From positions 2,880,001 through 2,944,000 of the forward strand of contig OZ244034.1 of the NCBI GenBank assembly GCA_965215185.1: a DNA stretch of 64,000 bases. Direction: 5' to 3'. Positions 40,027 to 50,032 of this stretch are shown here, one piece after another; position 1 is the stretch's first letter; each line of letters opens with the position of its first letter. The notes under the pieces are model-generated. The model was not told where the DNA came from and ran no database searches. It worked only from the letters and a program-made list of their open reading frames with translations. Position numbers and translations under genes: made by a program. Source of the stretch: Acidimicrobiia bacterium. GTDB lineage: Bacteria > Actinomycetota > Acidimicrobiia > Spongiisociales > ZC4RG35.

Positions 40027-41529
40027 GTGAGCATCATCGAGATGAAAAGAGCGCTCCTTTCGGTTTCCGACAAGACGGGCATCGTCGAATTCGCCCGGTG
40101 GTTGGCGGGACGGGGTATAGAGATTGTTTCGTCGGGCGGCACCGCCCGGATCCTGCGGGAGAAGGGGGTGGAAGTTGTAGAAGTGGAGGATGTCACGGGG
40201 GTGTCCGAGATGCTGGGAGGGCGGGTCAAGACTCTTCACCCGCTTATTCACGGGGGACTTCTGGCTGACCCCGATGACCCTGCCCATCGAGAGGATCTGC
40301 GGCGTTTGGGGATCAGTCCTTTCCAGATGATGGTTTGCAACCTCTATCCGTTCATGGAGGTTCCCGGTGTGGAGCAAATCGATATCGGGGGAGTGGCGCT
40401 TTTGCGGGCAGCTGCGAAGAACCATGCCCAGGTGGTGGTGTTGTCTTCCCCTGCCCAATACTCGGAGGTGATGGAAGCGGTGGAATCGGGGACACTGGAC
40501 CGCGCCCGGCGCAGACGACTGGCTGCCGAAGCCTTTTGGTACACCGCTTCCTATGATGCCGCCATCGCCGGTTGGATTTTGCCGCCCGAAGCTCTTCCCG
40601 ACCGGTTGTTTATGACCCTTCGTCGGGAGCAGATGACCCGCTATGGGGAGAATCCCCACCAACAGGGGGCCTTGTACACGCCGGAGCAAGGCGGATACTG
40701 GGGATCCGGGGTGCGGCTCCTTCAGGGAAAAGCCATGTCCTTTAATAACTTTGCGGATACGGAGGCGGCGGTACAATTGGTGGCCGACCTGGACGGGTTG
40801 TCCTGCGTGATCGTCAAGCATGCCAACCCGTGCGGGGTGGGAACCGGAGCTGATCCGGCCCAAGCCTTCGCACGGGCTTGGGAAGGGGACCCGTTGTCCG
40901 CTTTTGGTGGAGTCGTGGCGTTCAACTGCCCGCTCGACTCCCAAGCAGCGACGGCTTTGGCCAAGGTGTTCGTTGAGGTGGTGGCCGCTCCCAGGGTGGA
41001 GCCCGACGCGGCCGAGGCGCTCTCGGTCAGGACCAATTTGAGGGTGTTGGAGATTCCACCCGAGCGGGTACCGGGGCCGGAGATCCGCTCTTTGGGTCCC
41101 GACTTCCTGGTCCAGACCCCTGACCGTCCCACCGCAGCGACCGAGGAGTGGCAGGTTGTTTCCAGGGTGCGACCTGATGCCCGGCAACTGGCTGATTTGC
41201 GTCTGGCCTGGGTGGTGGCGGCTCACGCCAAGTCCAACGCGGTGGTGATCTGCCGGGATGGCCAGTCGATGGGAGTGGGTGCGGGAGACCAGAGCCGGGT
41301 AGGAGCCGCTCACCGCGCCATTTCAACCGCCGGGGATCGAGCTGAGGGGGCGGTTGCCGCCTCGGACGGGTTTTTTCCTTTCCGAGACGGGATTGATGCC
41401 CTAGCATCTGTGGGCGTGGTAGCTGTTGTTTCTCCGGGAGGGTCGGTCCGTGACGCGGAGGTGATCGCCGCTGCGGACCAACACGGGATGGCGCTGCTGT
41501 TCACCGGCCGTCGGCATTTTCGACACTGA
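40027..41529 (+). CDS. purH: Bifunctional AICAR transformylase/IMP cyclohydrolase
   Basis: [51 protein letters not shown]. Confidence 0.97.
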   Translation: MSIIEMKRALLSVSDKTGIVEFARWLAGRGIEIVSSGGTARILREKGVEVVEVEDVTGVSEMLGGRVKTLHPLIHGGLLADPDDPAHREDLRRLGISPFQMMVCNLYPFMEVPGVEQIDIGGVALLRAAAKNHAQVVVLSSPAQYSEVMEAVESGTLDRARRRRLAAEAFWYTASYDAAIAGWILPPEALPDRLFMTLRREQMTRYGENPHQQGALYTPEQGGYWGSGVRLLQGKAMSFNNFADTEAAVQLVADLDGLSCVIVKHANPCGVGTGADPAQAFARAWEGDPLSAFGGVVAFNCPLDSQAATALAKVFVEVVAAPRVEPDAAEALSVRTNLRVLEIPPERVPGPEIRSLGPDFLVQTPDRPTAATEEWQVVSRVRPDARQLADLRLAWVVAAHAKSNAVVICRDGQSMGVGAGDQSRVGAAHRAISTAGDRAEGAVAASDGFFPFRDGIDALASVGVVAVVSPGGSVRDAEVIAAADQHGMALLFTGRRHFRH

Positions 41530-42401
41530 TGGCCGCCTTGGTGCTCAGTGGCCGGGCGGTGGCCTCGGTGGTGATGGAGGAGGTGGCCGCCGCGGTTTCA
41601 GTTCTGTCAGCTTCCGGTTACATTCCCGGCCTGGCAACGGTCCTGGTGGGTGAAGACCCCGCATCGCAAACCTATGTTCGGGCCAAGCGGCGAGATGCCG
41701 CCAAAGTAGGGATTCGCTCCATCCATCATCAATTGGACGAGATCCCCTCCCAAACAGAGTTGGAGGACTTGGTGAGCAGTCTGAGCGCCGATCCCGGGGT
41801 GGACGGAATCTTGGTGCAACTACCCCTTCCCAGAGGGCTGGACGAAGGAAGGGTGGTGGCTTGCATCGACCCCCGAAAAGATGTGGACGGGTTGCATTCT
41901 GAAAACTTGGGTCGCTTGGTGGCCGAATTGTCGGGTCCCCGGCCTTGCACCCCAGCCGGAGTGATGCGAATTCTTTCTCACTATGACCTGCCCGTTTCGG
42001 GCCGGCGAGCGGTGGTAATAGGACGAAGCTTTCTGGTGGGAAAGCCCCTGGCGCTGCTGATGGCCACCAAAGGCGCCGATGCCACGGTCACCATCGCCCA
42101 TTCCCGCACCGTCGACTTGGAAGCCCTGGCCAGGGAGGCCGACATCTTGGTGGCAGCGGTGGGAAGAGCCAAGATGGTAAAGGCGTCCTGGGTGAAGCCG
42201 GGAGCGGTGGTGATTGATGTGGGCATCAACCGCACTGCCGAGGGTTTGGTGGGTGATGTTGACTATGCAGGGGTGAGTGAGGTGGCCTCTGCCATCACTC
42301 CCGTGCCTGGGGGAGTGGGGTTGATGACCAGGGCAATTCTGATGTCCAACACCGTGGCGGCCGCCCGTGGGAACATATCACGATTGGGCGGGGTTGTATA
42401 G
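41529..42401 (+). CDS. folD: Methylenetetrahydrofolate dehydrogenase/cyclohydrolase
   Basis: [33 protein letters not shown]. Confidence 0.97.
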   Translation: MAALVLSGRAVASVVMEEVAAAVSVLSASGYIPGLATVLVGEDPASQTYVRAKRRDAAKVGIRSIHHQLDEIPSQTELEDLVSSLSADPGVDGILVQLPLPRGLDEGRVVACIDPRKDVDGLHSENLGRLVAELSGPRPCTPAGVMRILSHYDLPVSGRRAVVIGRSFLVGKPLALLMATKGADATVTIAHSRTVDLEALAREADILVAAVGRAKMVKASWVKPGAVVIDVGINRTAEGLVGDVDYAGVSEVASAITPVPGGVGLMTRAILMSNTVAAARGNISRLGGVV

Positions 42402-42429
42402 AAGAGATATTCTTTTAGTCGAAAAGACA

Positions 42430-43608
42430 ATGTTTACCTTTCAGGATTTACTCAAAAGAGCCAAGGCGCAGATTAGGGAGGTCATGCCGGCCGAGGTAGA
42501 GCCGCGCCTTTCCAATCCCGAATTACTGATATTGGACGTAAGGGAGCACGAGGAATACCAGCAGGGCGCCATTCCTGGATCGCAACTCATTCCCAGGGGA
42601 CTGTTGGAATCTTCCATCTTCATGCAGGTGCCCGACCCCAACACCGAGATGGTGGTCTACTGCGCGGGAGGCGCCCGGTCCGCTTTGGCCGTCCAGTCCC
42701 TGCAGGAAATGGGATACCGCAATGCTGTTTCCATGGCCGGGGGGTTTGGGCTGTGGAAGGCGGAGGGTCGGCCTTGGTCGGAGCCGGTGACGCTCTCCTC
42801 CGATCAGAAAGTGCGCTACAGCCGACATACCATGTTGCCGGAAGTGGGTGAGGCGGGCCAAGCCAAACTGCTGAATTCCCGAGTGCTGTTGGTGGGGGCG
42901 GGCGGCCTGGGTTCCCCCGCCGCCCTGTATCTGGCGGCGGCGGGAGTGGGGACCCTGGGTGTGGTCGACTTCGACGTCGTGGATGCCTCCAACCTCCAGC
43001 GGCAGATTCTGCACAATATGGATCGGCTGGGTCAACTCAAGGTGGAATCGGCGAGGGAGACCATCACGGCTCTTAACCCCGACGTCAAGGTCGAGCCCTA
43101 CGGGCAGCGCCTCTCAGCCCACAATGTCCTGGAGATAATGTCCGGTTACGACTTGGTGGTGGACGGGGGCGACAACTTCCCCACCCGCTATTTGGTGAAC
43201 GACGCCTCTCTTCATCTCCGTATCCCGGTGGTGCACGGGGCCATCTTCAGATTCGAGGGCCAGGCCAGCGTTTTCCACCCCTACGTGGGTCCTTGCTACC
43301 GGTGCCTCTTTCCCCAGCCCCCTCCGCCCGAACTGGCGCCGTCCTGCGCCGAAGCCGGAGTGCTGGGTGTGCTGCCGGGGATTATCGGTTCCATCGAGGC
43401 GATGGAGGCGATCAAGATACTATTGGGAATAGGCGAACCGTTGGTTGGAAAGCTTCTCACCTACGATGCCTTGACCCAGGATTTCCGAACCCTGAAGCTA
43501 CGCCGCAACCCCGACTGTCTGGCATGCGCTGACGAAAGCCGCCCGCCGGCCATCGTCGAATACGACCAGTACTGTATGCCCGCCGGCTCGGTAACCAGGA
43601 CCGTCTGA
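42430..43608 (+). CDS. moeZ: Rhodanese-ThiF/MoeB sulfur-carrier adenylyltransferase/sulfurtransferase
   Basis: N-terminal rhodanese (YCAGGARS); RYSRH, GAGGLGSP, SNLQRQ, CYRC, SCAEAGVLG. Confidence 0.9.
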   Translation: MFTFQDLLKRAKAQIREVMPAEVEPRLSNPELLILDVREHEEYQQGAIPGSQLIPRGLLESSIFMQVPDPNTEMVVYCAGGARSALAVQSLQEMGYRNAVSMAGGFGLWKAEGRPWSEPVTLSSDQKVRYSRHTMLPEVGEAGQAKLLNSRVLLVGAGGLGSPAALYLAAAGVGTLGVVDFDVVDASNLQRQILHNMDRLGQLKVESARETITALNPDVKVEPYGQRLSAHNVLEIMSGYDLVVDGGDNFPTRYLVNDASLHLRIPVVHGAIFRFEGQASVFHPYVGPCYRCLFPQPPPPELAPSCAEAGVLGVLPGIIGSIEAMEAIKILLGIGEPLVGKLLTYDALTQDFRTLKLRRNPDCLACADESRPPAIVEYDQYCMPAGSVTRTV

Positions 43609-43645
43609 CCGACCCGGCCTTTCCCGCCCAGCGGGAGATTTTCCA

Positions 43646-44086
43646 ATGTCTGACGAACACTCACGCATCCACGTTCCCGAGCGCATTCAAGAGGTGATGG
43701 TTTCCCATGCTCGTGACTGCTACCCCGAGGAGGCGTGCGGTTTGTTGGCCGGAGATCCTGAGGGTCGTCTGACGATGGCTTATCCGCTCACCAACATCGT
43801 TCATTCCCCGGTCAACTACGTGATCGATCCGACCGAGCATTTCCAGACGCTCAGGCATGCGGAAGCGAACGGCTGGGAACTGGTGGGAGTGTTTCATTCC
43901 CATACCCACTCACCCGCCTACCCGTCTCCCACCGATGTGGCCTTGGCCGTGGAGCCGGACTGGCTGTACGTGCTGGTCGGCATGGAGCGGATGGATACCC
44001 TGTCGGTGCGAGGATTTCGCATCCGGGACCATCAAATCACCGAAACGACTTTAAGCTTCGACACCTCCAGGAGAAGAGTCACATGA
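43646..44086 (+). CDS. mec: JAB/Mov34 (M67) CysO-cysteine peptidase
   Basis: PEEACGLL, FHSHTHSPAYPSPTD. Confidence 0.88.
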   Translation: MSDEHSRIHVPERIQEVMVSHARDCYPEEACGLLAGDPEGRLTMAYPLTNIVHSPVNYVIDPTEHFQTLRHAEANGWELVGVFHSHTHSPAYPSPTDVALAVEPDWLYVLVGMERMDTLSVRGFRIRDHQITETTLSFDTSRRRVT

Positions 44087-44358
44087 CGCATACCGTTCGC
44101 CTGCCCACCATTCTTCGCATTCATGCCGGGGGAGACGCTTCCGTACCCGCCCGCGGCGCAACAGTGGGAGAGGTGTTCTCCGATCTGGGAAAGCGTTATC
44201 CAGCTCTGGCCCGCCAACTACTGAATCCGGATGGTTCGGTGCCGGTGTTCGTCAATATCTTCCTCAACGACGAGGACATCCGCTATCTCAACGGTTTGGA
44301 TACTCCTGTTTCGCAACCGGCGGAGATCACCATTCTTCCCTCGGTGGCCGGTGGTTAA
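44083..44358 (+). CDS. cysO: Ubiquitin-like sulfur carrier protein
   Basis: VRLPTILR, FVNIFLNDEDIRYL, C-terminal SVAGG. Confidence 0.88.
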   Translation: MTHTVRLPTILRIHAGGDASVPARGATVGEVFSDLGKRYPALARQLLNPDGSVPVFVNIFLNDEDIRYLNGLDTPVSQPAEITILPSVAGG

Positions 44359-45295
44359 TACTCTCTTGTCCCCGCCCGGGCGATTGACGGCCTCCTCTCC
44401 CACTCCTTTAGTGCGCCTGGAGGCCTTTTCCCCGCCCGGTGTGGACATCTACGCCAAACTGGAGTGGTTTCAGCCCACCGGTTCCATCAAGGACCGGATC
44501 GCGGCGGCGATGTTGGAGAAAGCCCAGGCCGACGGACAGTTAGGACCGGGAACCCGTCTCTTGGAGCCCTCGTCGGGCAACACTGGGATCGCGCTGGCCC
44601 GGCTGGCTCGGCTGTGGAACATTCCGTTAACGGTGGTGATGGCTGAAGGCGTGAGCGCCGAACGAATCAAGATGTTGAAGATCTACGGAGCTGAGATCAT
44701 CTTCTCTCCCGGAGACCAGGGCTCCAACGGTGCGGTGCGCATGGCCGAGGAGATGGCGGCCACGGGCGACTATTTGATGCTGCATCAGTACAACAATCCG
44801 GCCAATGTCGATGCTCACTACCGGGGTACCGGTCCGGAGATTGTGGCCGAGTTGGACAGGGTGGACGCCCTGGTGGCCGGACTGGGAACGGGAGGGACTC
44901 TGATGGGCGCCGGTGCGGCGGTCCGGGAAATTCATCCCCAAGTGCAGGTGGTGGCGGCCGAGCCGCCGGTTGGCGAGACCATCACCGGCTTGCGGTCCAT
45001 GTCGGCCGGCTACATTCCCCCCATCTTCGACCCGGCTCAGATCGATCGCCGGTTGTTGGTGCGCCTGCGGCCCACCATCGAATACACCCGTCTGCTGCTT
45101 TCTGCCGAGGGGCTGTTCGCCGGACCCTCCTGCGGGGCGGCACTGGCGGTGGCTATTCGGGTCGCCAGACAGATGCAGTCGGGGACAGTGGTGACCATCT
45201 TCCCCGACGCCGGGTGGAAATACCTCTCCACTGGGATTTATACGGGGTCCATCGACCAAGCTGTGGAAAAGGCCGCCAACCAGATCCTCTGGTAG
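44351..45295 (+). CDS. cysM: O-phosphoserine sulfhydrylase / cysteine synthase (CysO-dependent)
   Basis: KLEWFQPTGSIKDR, PSSGNTG, GLGTGGT, DAGWKYLSTG, C-terminal QILW. Confidence 0.88.
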   Translation: MVNTLLSPPGRLTASSPTPLVRLEAFSPPGVDIYAKLEWFQPTGSIKDRIAAAMLEKAQADGQLGPGTRLLEPSSGNTGIALARLARLWNIPLTVVMAEGVSAERIKMLKIYGAEIIFSPGDQGSNGAVRMAEEMAATGDYLMLHQYNNPANVDAHYRGTGPEIVAELDRVDALVAGLGTGGTLMGAGAAVREIHPQVQVVAAEPPVGETITGLRSMSAGYIPPIFDPAQIDRRLLVRLRPTIEYTRLLLSAEGLFAGPSCGAALAVAIRVARQMQSGTVVTIFPDAGWKYLSTGIYTGSIDQAVEKAANQILW

Positions 45296-45383
45296 CGAGT
45301 TATACGCCCACCCTTCCAGCCGTCACCTACATTTCCCCGCAACCTTCCGGCGAGGTGGGGCGGGTATTGGCGCCAACGGCCGA

Positions 45384-45405
45384 TGTCACATCCCCCTCAT
45401 ACAGT
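45384..45405 (+). promoter_or_regulatory. TGTCAC-N10-TACAGT promoter upstream of the RecQ-PRTase/DprA pair
   Basis: TGTCAC atccccctca TACAGT; ATG 45412 starts 6 nt after the -10 box. Confidence 0.6.
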
Positions 45406-45411
45406 GATTTC

Positions 45412-45468
45412 ATGCACACCTATCACAGTTGGGAGCAGTTGTTCTTCACGGAGCCAGTGGAGAAATGA
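45412..45468 (+). CDS. Putative leaderless 18-aa uORF (MHTYHSWEQLFFTEPVEK) coupled to the helicase start
   Basis: ATG at the predicted TSS; its TGA overlaps the helicase ATG 45465 as ATGA. Confidence 0.4.
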   Translation: MHTYHSWEQLFFTEPVEK

Positions 45469-47540
45469 GATCGATGATGGATGATCCGTTTGTTGACGAA
45501 GCTCTCAGGCTGCTACGGAAACTTACTGGGCAAACCTCCACAGGTTTTCGGCCTGGGCAACTGGAGGCTATTAGGCGACTGGTGGAGGGCCGGGAGCGGG
45601 TTCTTCTCGTTCAAAGGACCGGGTGGGGGAAGAGCGCGGTTTACTTCATCTCAACCCGGATGCTTCGCGACCGCAGTGCGGGCCCGACTCTGCTGGTCTC
45701 TCCGCTCCTTGCCTTAATGCGTAATCAGATTGAAGCGGCGGAGCGTATGGGAGTGCGCGCGATCACCATCAACAGTTCCAACCGCGCCGAGTGGGCTACG
45801 TTGGAGGACAAACTCAACCTTGATGCCGTGGACATCCTGTTGATCTCACCCGAGCGGTTGGCCAATCAGAAGTTCCGGTCCGAACTCTTGCCCAAGATTG
45901 TTCGTCGTAGCGGCCTTGTTGTGGTTGATGAGGCGCACTGCATATCGGATTGGGGCCATGACTTTCGTCCCGACTACCGTCGAATAGCACGCGTCCTGGA
46001 TTTCCTCCCTGGTGTGCCTGTCCTGTGTTGCACCGCAACGGCGAATGAACGTGTCATCGAAGATATCACGACACAACTGGGATCAGGACTCACGTTGGTC
46101 AGGGGACCATTATCGCGCAGTGGTCTTCGGCTGCACGTACTTGGGATCCCGTCGCAAGCCGAGCGCCTAACGTGGCTTGCCGTAGTCCTTCCCACGTTGG
46201 AGGGGACGGGAGTGATCTACTGCCTCACCGTGTCGGACACCCGTCGGGTAGCGGGATGGCTGAAGTCTATGGGAATTGATGCGGTTGCCTACAGTGGCGC
46301 AACGGACGCGGGCCACAGGATCGGTATCGAACAGGATCTGTTGTCCAACCAGGTAAAGGTGGTAGTGGCCACTTCGGCTCTCGGGATGGGATTCGACAAA
46401 CCGGACTTATCTTTCGTAATCCACTACCAGTCGCCAGGATCGCCGATTGCGTACTACCAGCAAGTGGGCCGTGCCGGACGGGCGCTCGGCGAATCCTGGG
46501 GAATCTTGTTGCGTGGAAGGGAAGACAAAGACATACAGGACTATTTCATCTACTCGGCTTTTCCACGGGTTGATCTGGCGCAAAGCGTTGTGGAGTTGCT
46601 CGAGGAGCGGGCGGAGCCTATGTCTCGTGATGACTTGTTCGAATCAGTGAATGTCCGGTTGGGCCAGCTTGACAATCTTCTCAAAAATCTGGAGGTTGAG
46701 GGGGCTGTTGAACGGGAAGGCTCTCGTTGGCGCCGAACCCTGAGAAGATGGAGATTTGATTTTGACCGTGTCGAGCTAGCGACCACTCAACGGAGGACCG
46801 AACAAGATCAAATGCTCGACTATGTCCGCACCCGGGGCTGTCGTATGCAATTGCTGGGTGCTTACCTCGACGACGTGGTCTCACAGCCATGCGGTATCTG
46901 TGATAATTGCACCGATCAAAGTCTGGCAATGCCCTTCGATCCTGAAGTCGTGCAACGGGCGGTCGAATACCTGCGAATGGTCGAATTGATTATTGAGCCT
47001 CGTAAGCAACTGCCGGACCGAAAGAGAATCCCGAAAGACCAGCAACTCGAGACCGGACGGTCGCTGGCAGTGTGGGGTGACAGTGGGTGGGGAACCCTCG
47101 TCCGGGCGGGCAAACAGGAACGGCGCCACTTCGATGACCGACTGGTAAACGCCGCGGCAGATCTGATTCAGAGCCGTTGGGCGCCGGAACCTGCGCCGGC
47201 TTGGATTACCTCTGTGCCATCGCTTCGGAATCCGCGGCTGGTCGCAGACTTTGCTGCCCGACTGGCGGCATCTTTGGGACTCTCTTATAAGAACGTGGTC
47301 GAAAAAGCGCGAGAAACAGCACCACAGAAAACAATGCAAAACAGCCACCGGCAGTACCGCAATGTGCGGGGGGCGTTCAGGATCTGCGGGGCTGTTCCTC
47401 CCGGGCCAGTGTTGCTGGTGGACGCCGTCGTAGACTCCCGGTGGACGTTGACAACCGTAGGAGGGCAACTGCGAGGCGCTGGGGCTGGCCCGGTTTACCC
47501 ATTCGCATTGGCCGATACGGCAGGAAGATCTGGTACATGA
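45465..47540 (+). CDS. RecQ-family helicase with C-terminal phosphoribosyltransferase domain (PsyrT/RqlH-like)
   Basis: QRTGWGKS, DEAHCISDWGHDFRPDY, TATAN, ALGMGFDKPD, YYQQVGRAGR, CRM..CGICDNC; PRT-like VLLVDAVVDSRWT. Confidence 0.88.
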   Translation: MRSMMDDPFVDEALRLLRKLTGQTSTGFRPGQLEAIRRLVEGRERVLLVQRTGWGKSAVYFISTRMLRDRSAGPTLLVSPLLALMRNQIEAAERMGVRAITINSSNRAEWATLEDKLNLDAVDILLISPERLANQKFRSELLPKIVRRSGLVVVDEAHCISDWGHDFRPDYRRIARVLDFLPGVPVLCCTATANERVIEDITTQLGSGLTLVRGPLSRSGLRLHVLGIPSQAERLTWLAVVLPTLEGTGVIYCLTVSDTRRVAGWLKSMGIDAVAYSGATDAGHRIGIEQDLLSNQVKVVVATSALGMGFDKPDLSFVIHYQSPGSPIAYYQQVGRAGRALGESWGILLRGREDKDIQDYFIYSAFPRVDLAQSVVELLEERAEPMSRDDLFESVNVRLGQLDNLLKNLEVEGAVEREGSRWRRTLRRWRFDFDRVELATTQRRTEQDQMLDYVRTRGCRMQLLGAYLDDVVSQPCGICDNCTDQSLAMPFDPEVVQRAVEYLRMVELIIEPRKQLPDRKRIPKDQQLETGRSLAVWGDSGWGTLVRAGKQERRHFDDRLVNAAADLIQSRWAPEPAPAWITSVPSLRNPRLVADFAARLAASLGLSYKNVVEKARETAPQKTMQNSHRQYRNVRGAFRICGAVPPGPVLLVDAVVDSRWTLTTVGGQLRGAGAGPVYPFALADTAGRSGT

Positions 47541-48511
47541 TGAACGAGGATTCTCTGGCCACAATTCTTCTCGTGAGCCGGGTCCACAGCAAGGGGACGC
47601 GGCCTCTCAAGGCGACCGAGTACTGGAAGCTTAGGGAACATGTCGCACATCCGGGCGTTCTCCTGGGTCAGACTGAGAGAGAGCTTGTGGGCGAGCACGG
47701 CTTTTCTGAGGAAATGGCGGCAAGGATCATTGGGTTGCTAGATCGGGCTAGAGCTATGGCCTTCGAATTAGAGCAACTCGATCAAACGGGTATCTGCACG
47801 GTTACTCCGTTCGATGATGGTTATCCGCAGCGTTTGGTCGACCAACTCGGTTCGAAGGCGCCTGGTCTGCTTCACGCGGCCGGTGCTCTTGAACTGCTCG
47901 ATCAGCCTGGCATCGGAGTGGTAGGCAGCCGTGATGTTTCTCCCGAGGGGGCGGAAGTGGCAAAGGGCGCCGCGGCAAGGGCAACTCCCTCAGGCTTGGG
48001 ATTGATCTCGGGCGGCGCCCGCGGGGTTGATCAACTGGCTATGAACACAGCTTTCCAAGCTGGCGGAAATGTGATTGGCGTCCTTGCGGATTCACTGGTG
48101 CGCAAGCTAAGGAATCCGGATGTGCGCAGAGCTATCTATGACGATCACGCTGTCATGTGCACTCCTTACAGTCCCAAGGAGCCGTTCAGGGTTTGGAACG
48201 CTATGGGACGTAACAAGGTCATCTACGCGTTGTCCAATGTCACCCTGGTTGTTGCCTGCGAGGTGGAAAGGGGTGGTACGTGGTCGGGTGCCACTGAGGC
48301 ACTGCAAGAAGGATTCGGGCGAGTAGCCGTGTGGAGGGGAGCGGGTGAAGGGGCGGGGAACGAACGACTTCAAAACCTCGGCGCCCGGCCTATCCGGTCC
48401 ATGGACGAACTTGAGGCTGTCTTGAAGCCGAGAAGAAAGGTTGCTCTAGAGGCCGATGGAAGCGATTCCCCACCTACGAAACAGCTTTCCCTTTTCGAAA
48501 AAACCGCGTAA
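47537..48511 (+). CDS. DprA/Smf-like protein (PsyrA/RqlI-like antitoxin)
   Basis: ATGA overlap with the helicase; GVVGSR, ISGGARGVD, AMGRNKVIYALS, GGTWSGA. Confidence 0.85.
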   Translation: MMNEDSLATILLVSRVHSKGTRPLKATEYWKLREHVAHPGVLLGQTERELVGEHGFSEEMAARIIGLLDRARAMAFELEQLDQTGICTVTPFDDGYPQRLVDQLGSKAPGLLHAAGALELLDQPGIGVVGSRDVSPEGAEVAKGAAARATPSGLGLISGGARGVDQLAMNTAFQAGGNVIGVLADSLVRKLRNPDVRRAIYDDHAVMCTPYSPKEPFRVWNAMGRNKVIYALSNVTLVVACEVERGGTWSGATEALQEGFGRVAVWRGAGEGAGNERLQNLGARPIRSMDELEAVLKPRRKVALEADGSDSPPTKQLSLFEKTA

Positions 48512-48573
48512 GTAGGCAGGGGTTTCTCCCAAACCGGTTCTGACAAGGGGGTGAGGTGGCGGCCCTAACAATC

Positions 48574-49845
48574 TCAGAGGGTGGCCAAGAGGCCTCCGCC
48601 AGCGGCGGCGAGCAGCACAACCACCCAGGGGGGGAGCTTCCAGAAGGCCAGGAGGCCGAAGGCGACCAAGGCAAGGGCAAGGTCCGGAGGCTCTCGGATG
48701 GCATTGGTCCACAGCGGGTCGTAAAGAGCCATCAGCAGGATTCCGATTACCGCCGCGTTGATTCCGCGCAGCGCCGCTTGGACTCCGGTATTGGTCCGCA
48801 ACGCGGCGAAGAACGGCAGAGCCGCCATCACCATAAGGAGGGAAGGCAGGTAGAGAGCCACCAAGGCCAGCGCCGCGCCCGCTATCCCGTTGGGTTCTGG
48901 AGTCATCACCGCCCCCAGATACGAGGAGAATGTGAATACCGGACCCGGGACGGCCTGGGCGGCACCGAAGCCGGCGATGAAGAGTTCCTCGTCGACCCAA
49001 CCGGGCCCTACCAGTTCCGATTCCAGCAGGGGCAGTACCACCGGTCCCCCGCCGAACACCAGGGACCCGGCTCCGTAGAAGGCGTCGGTGACCTCCACGA
49101 ACTCGGCCTCGGTTGTACGACGGGCGATGGGAAGGGCCAGCAGCAGACCGAAAAAGACAATGGCGGCGACCACCCCCGATCGTCGACTGAAGGCGGGAAG
49201 ACCGCGTTCGCCGGGATCCGCGGCGTGATCTCGGCAGAAGCGCCATCCCAGGAGGCCCCCCACCACGATCACCGCCACGGCAGCGGTCCGGGTGGAGGAG
49301 GGAAAGGCGATCAGTGCCACGGCGGCTGCGATGGCCAGCGAACTGCGGAATGGGTCAGGCGCCAGTTTGGACCACAGCTTCCACACCGCCAGGCCCACCA
49401 CCGGCACCGCCACCACCACCAGACCGTGCACCCACCCCTGAGCCCGGTCGCCGATCCGAGCGGCGCCCAGGCCCACGGAGGTGAGGATGATCGCGGAGGG
49501 GAGCGTGAACCCCAGCCATGCCGCCAATCCGCCTCGAAGTCCTCCCCGCACCATGCCGACTGCAAACCCCAGCTGGGAACTGGCTGCGCCCGGGAACGCC
49601 TGGGAGAGAGCTAGGAGATCGGCGAAGGTCCCCTCGTCCACCCACCGGCGCCGCTGGACGTACTCATCATGAAAATAGCCGAAATGCGCCACCGGCCCCC
49701 CAAAGGAGGTGAGGCCCAGCCGAAGAGCCACCCAGAAAACCTCCCAGAACCTTCCCCGTTCCGGGCGGGATAACCCGCCGGCGCCTTTCACTGGCCTCTG
49801 CCTGGCCGCGGTGGCAGGACAAAACCCTTGCTGCTGGGTTCCCAA
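48574..49845 (-). CDS. chrA: Chromate efflux transporter (start uncertain)
   Basis: LGLTSFGGPVAH, PGAASSQ, FGGGPVVLP, AQAVPGP, GINAAVIG. Confidence 0.92.
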   Translation of the reverse strand: MGTQQQGFCPATAARQRPVKGAGGLSRPERGRFWEVFWVALRLGLTSFGGPVAHFGYFHDEYVQRRRWVDEGTFADLLALSQAFPGAASSQLGFAVGMVRGGLRGGLAAWLGFTLPSAIILTSVGLGAARIGDRAQGWVHGLVVVAVPVVGLAVWKLWSKLAPDPFRSSLAIAAAVALIAFPSSTRTAAVAVIVVGGLLGWRFCRDHAADPGERGLPAFSRRSGVVAAIVFFGLLLALPIARRTTEAEFVEVTDAFYGAGSLVFGGGPVVLPLLESELVGPGWVDEELFIAGFGAAQAVPGPVFTFSSYLGAVMTPEPNGIAGAALALVALYLPSLLMVMAALPFFAALRTNTGVQAALRGINAAVIGILLMALYDPLWTNAIREPPDLALALVAFGLLAFWKLPPWVVVLLAAAGGGLLATL

Positions 49846-50032
49846 GGTCGTTTAGCTATCACACACATCCCTTCTCCTGGCAATCCACAGCGCATCCTCA
49901 AAAGTTTCACCACAATTCGGGCATCCTATATTCGCGCCCCCTAGTTCACAGGCCGATCGCCTGAGGAGTTTCACACTATGGGCGGGTCGCTCGAACCGTT
50001 CGCCACGTGGATTCAAGCCCGAGCCCGCCAAA

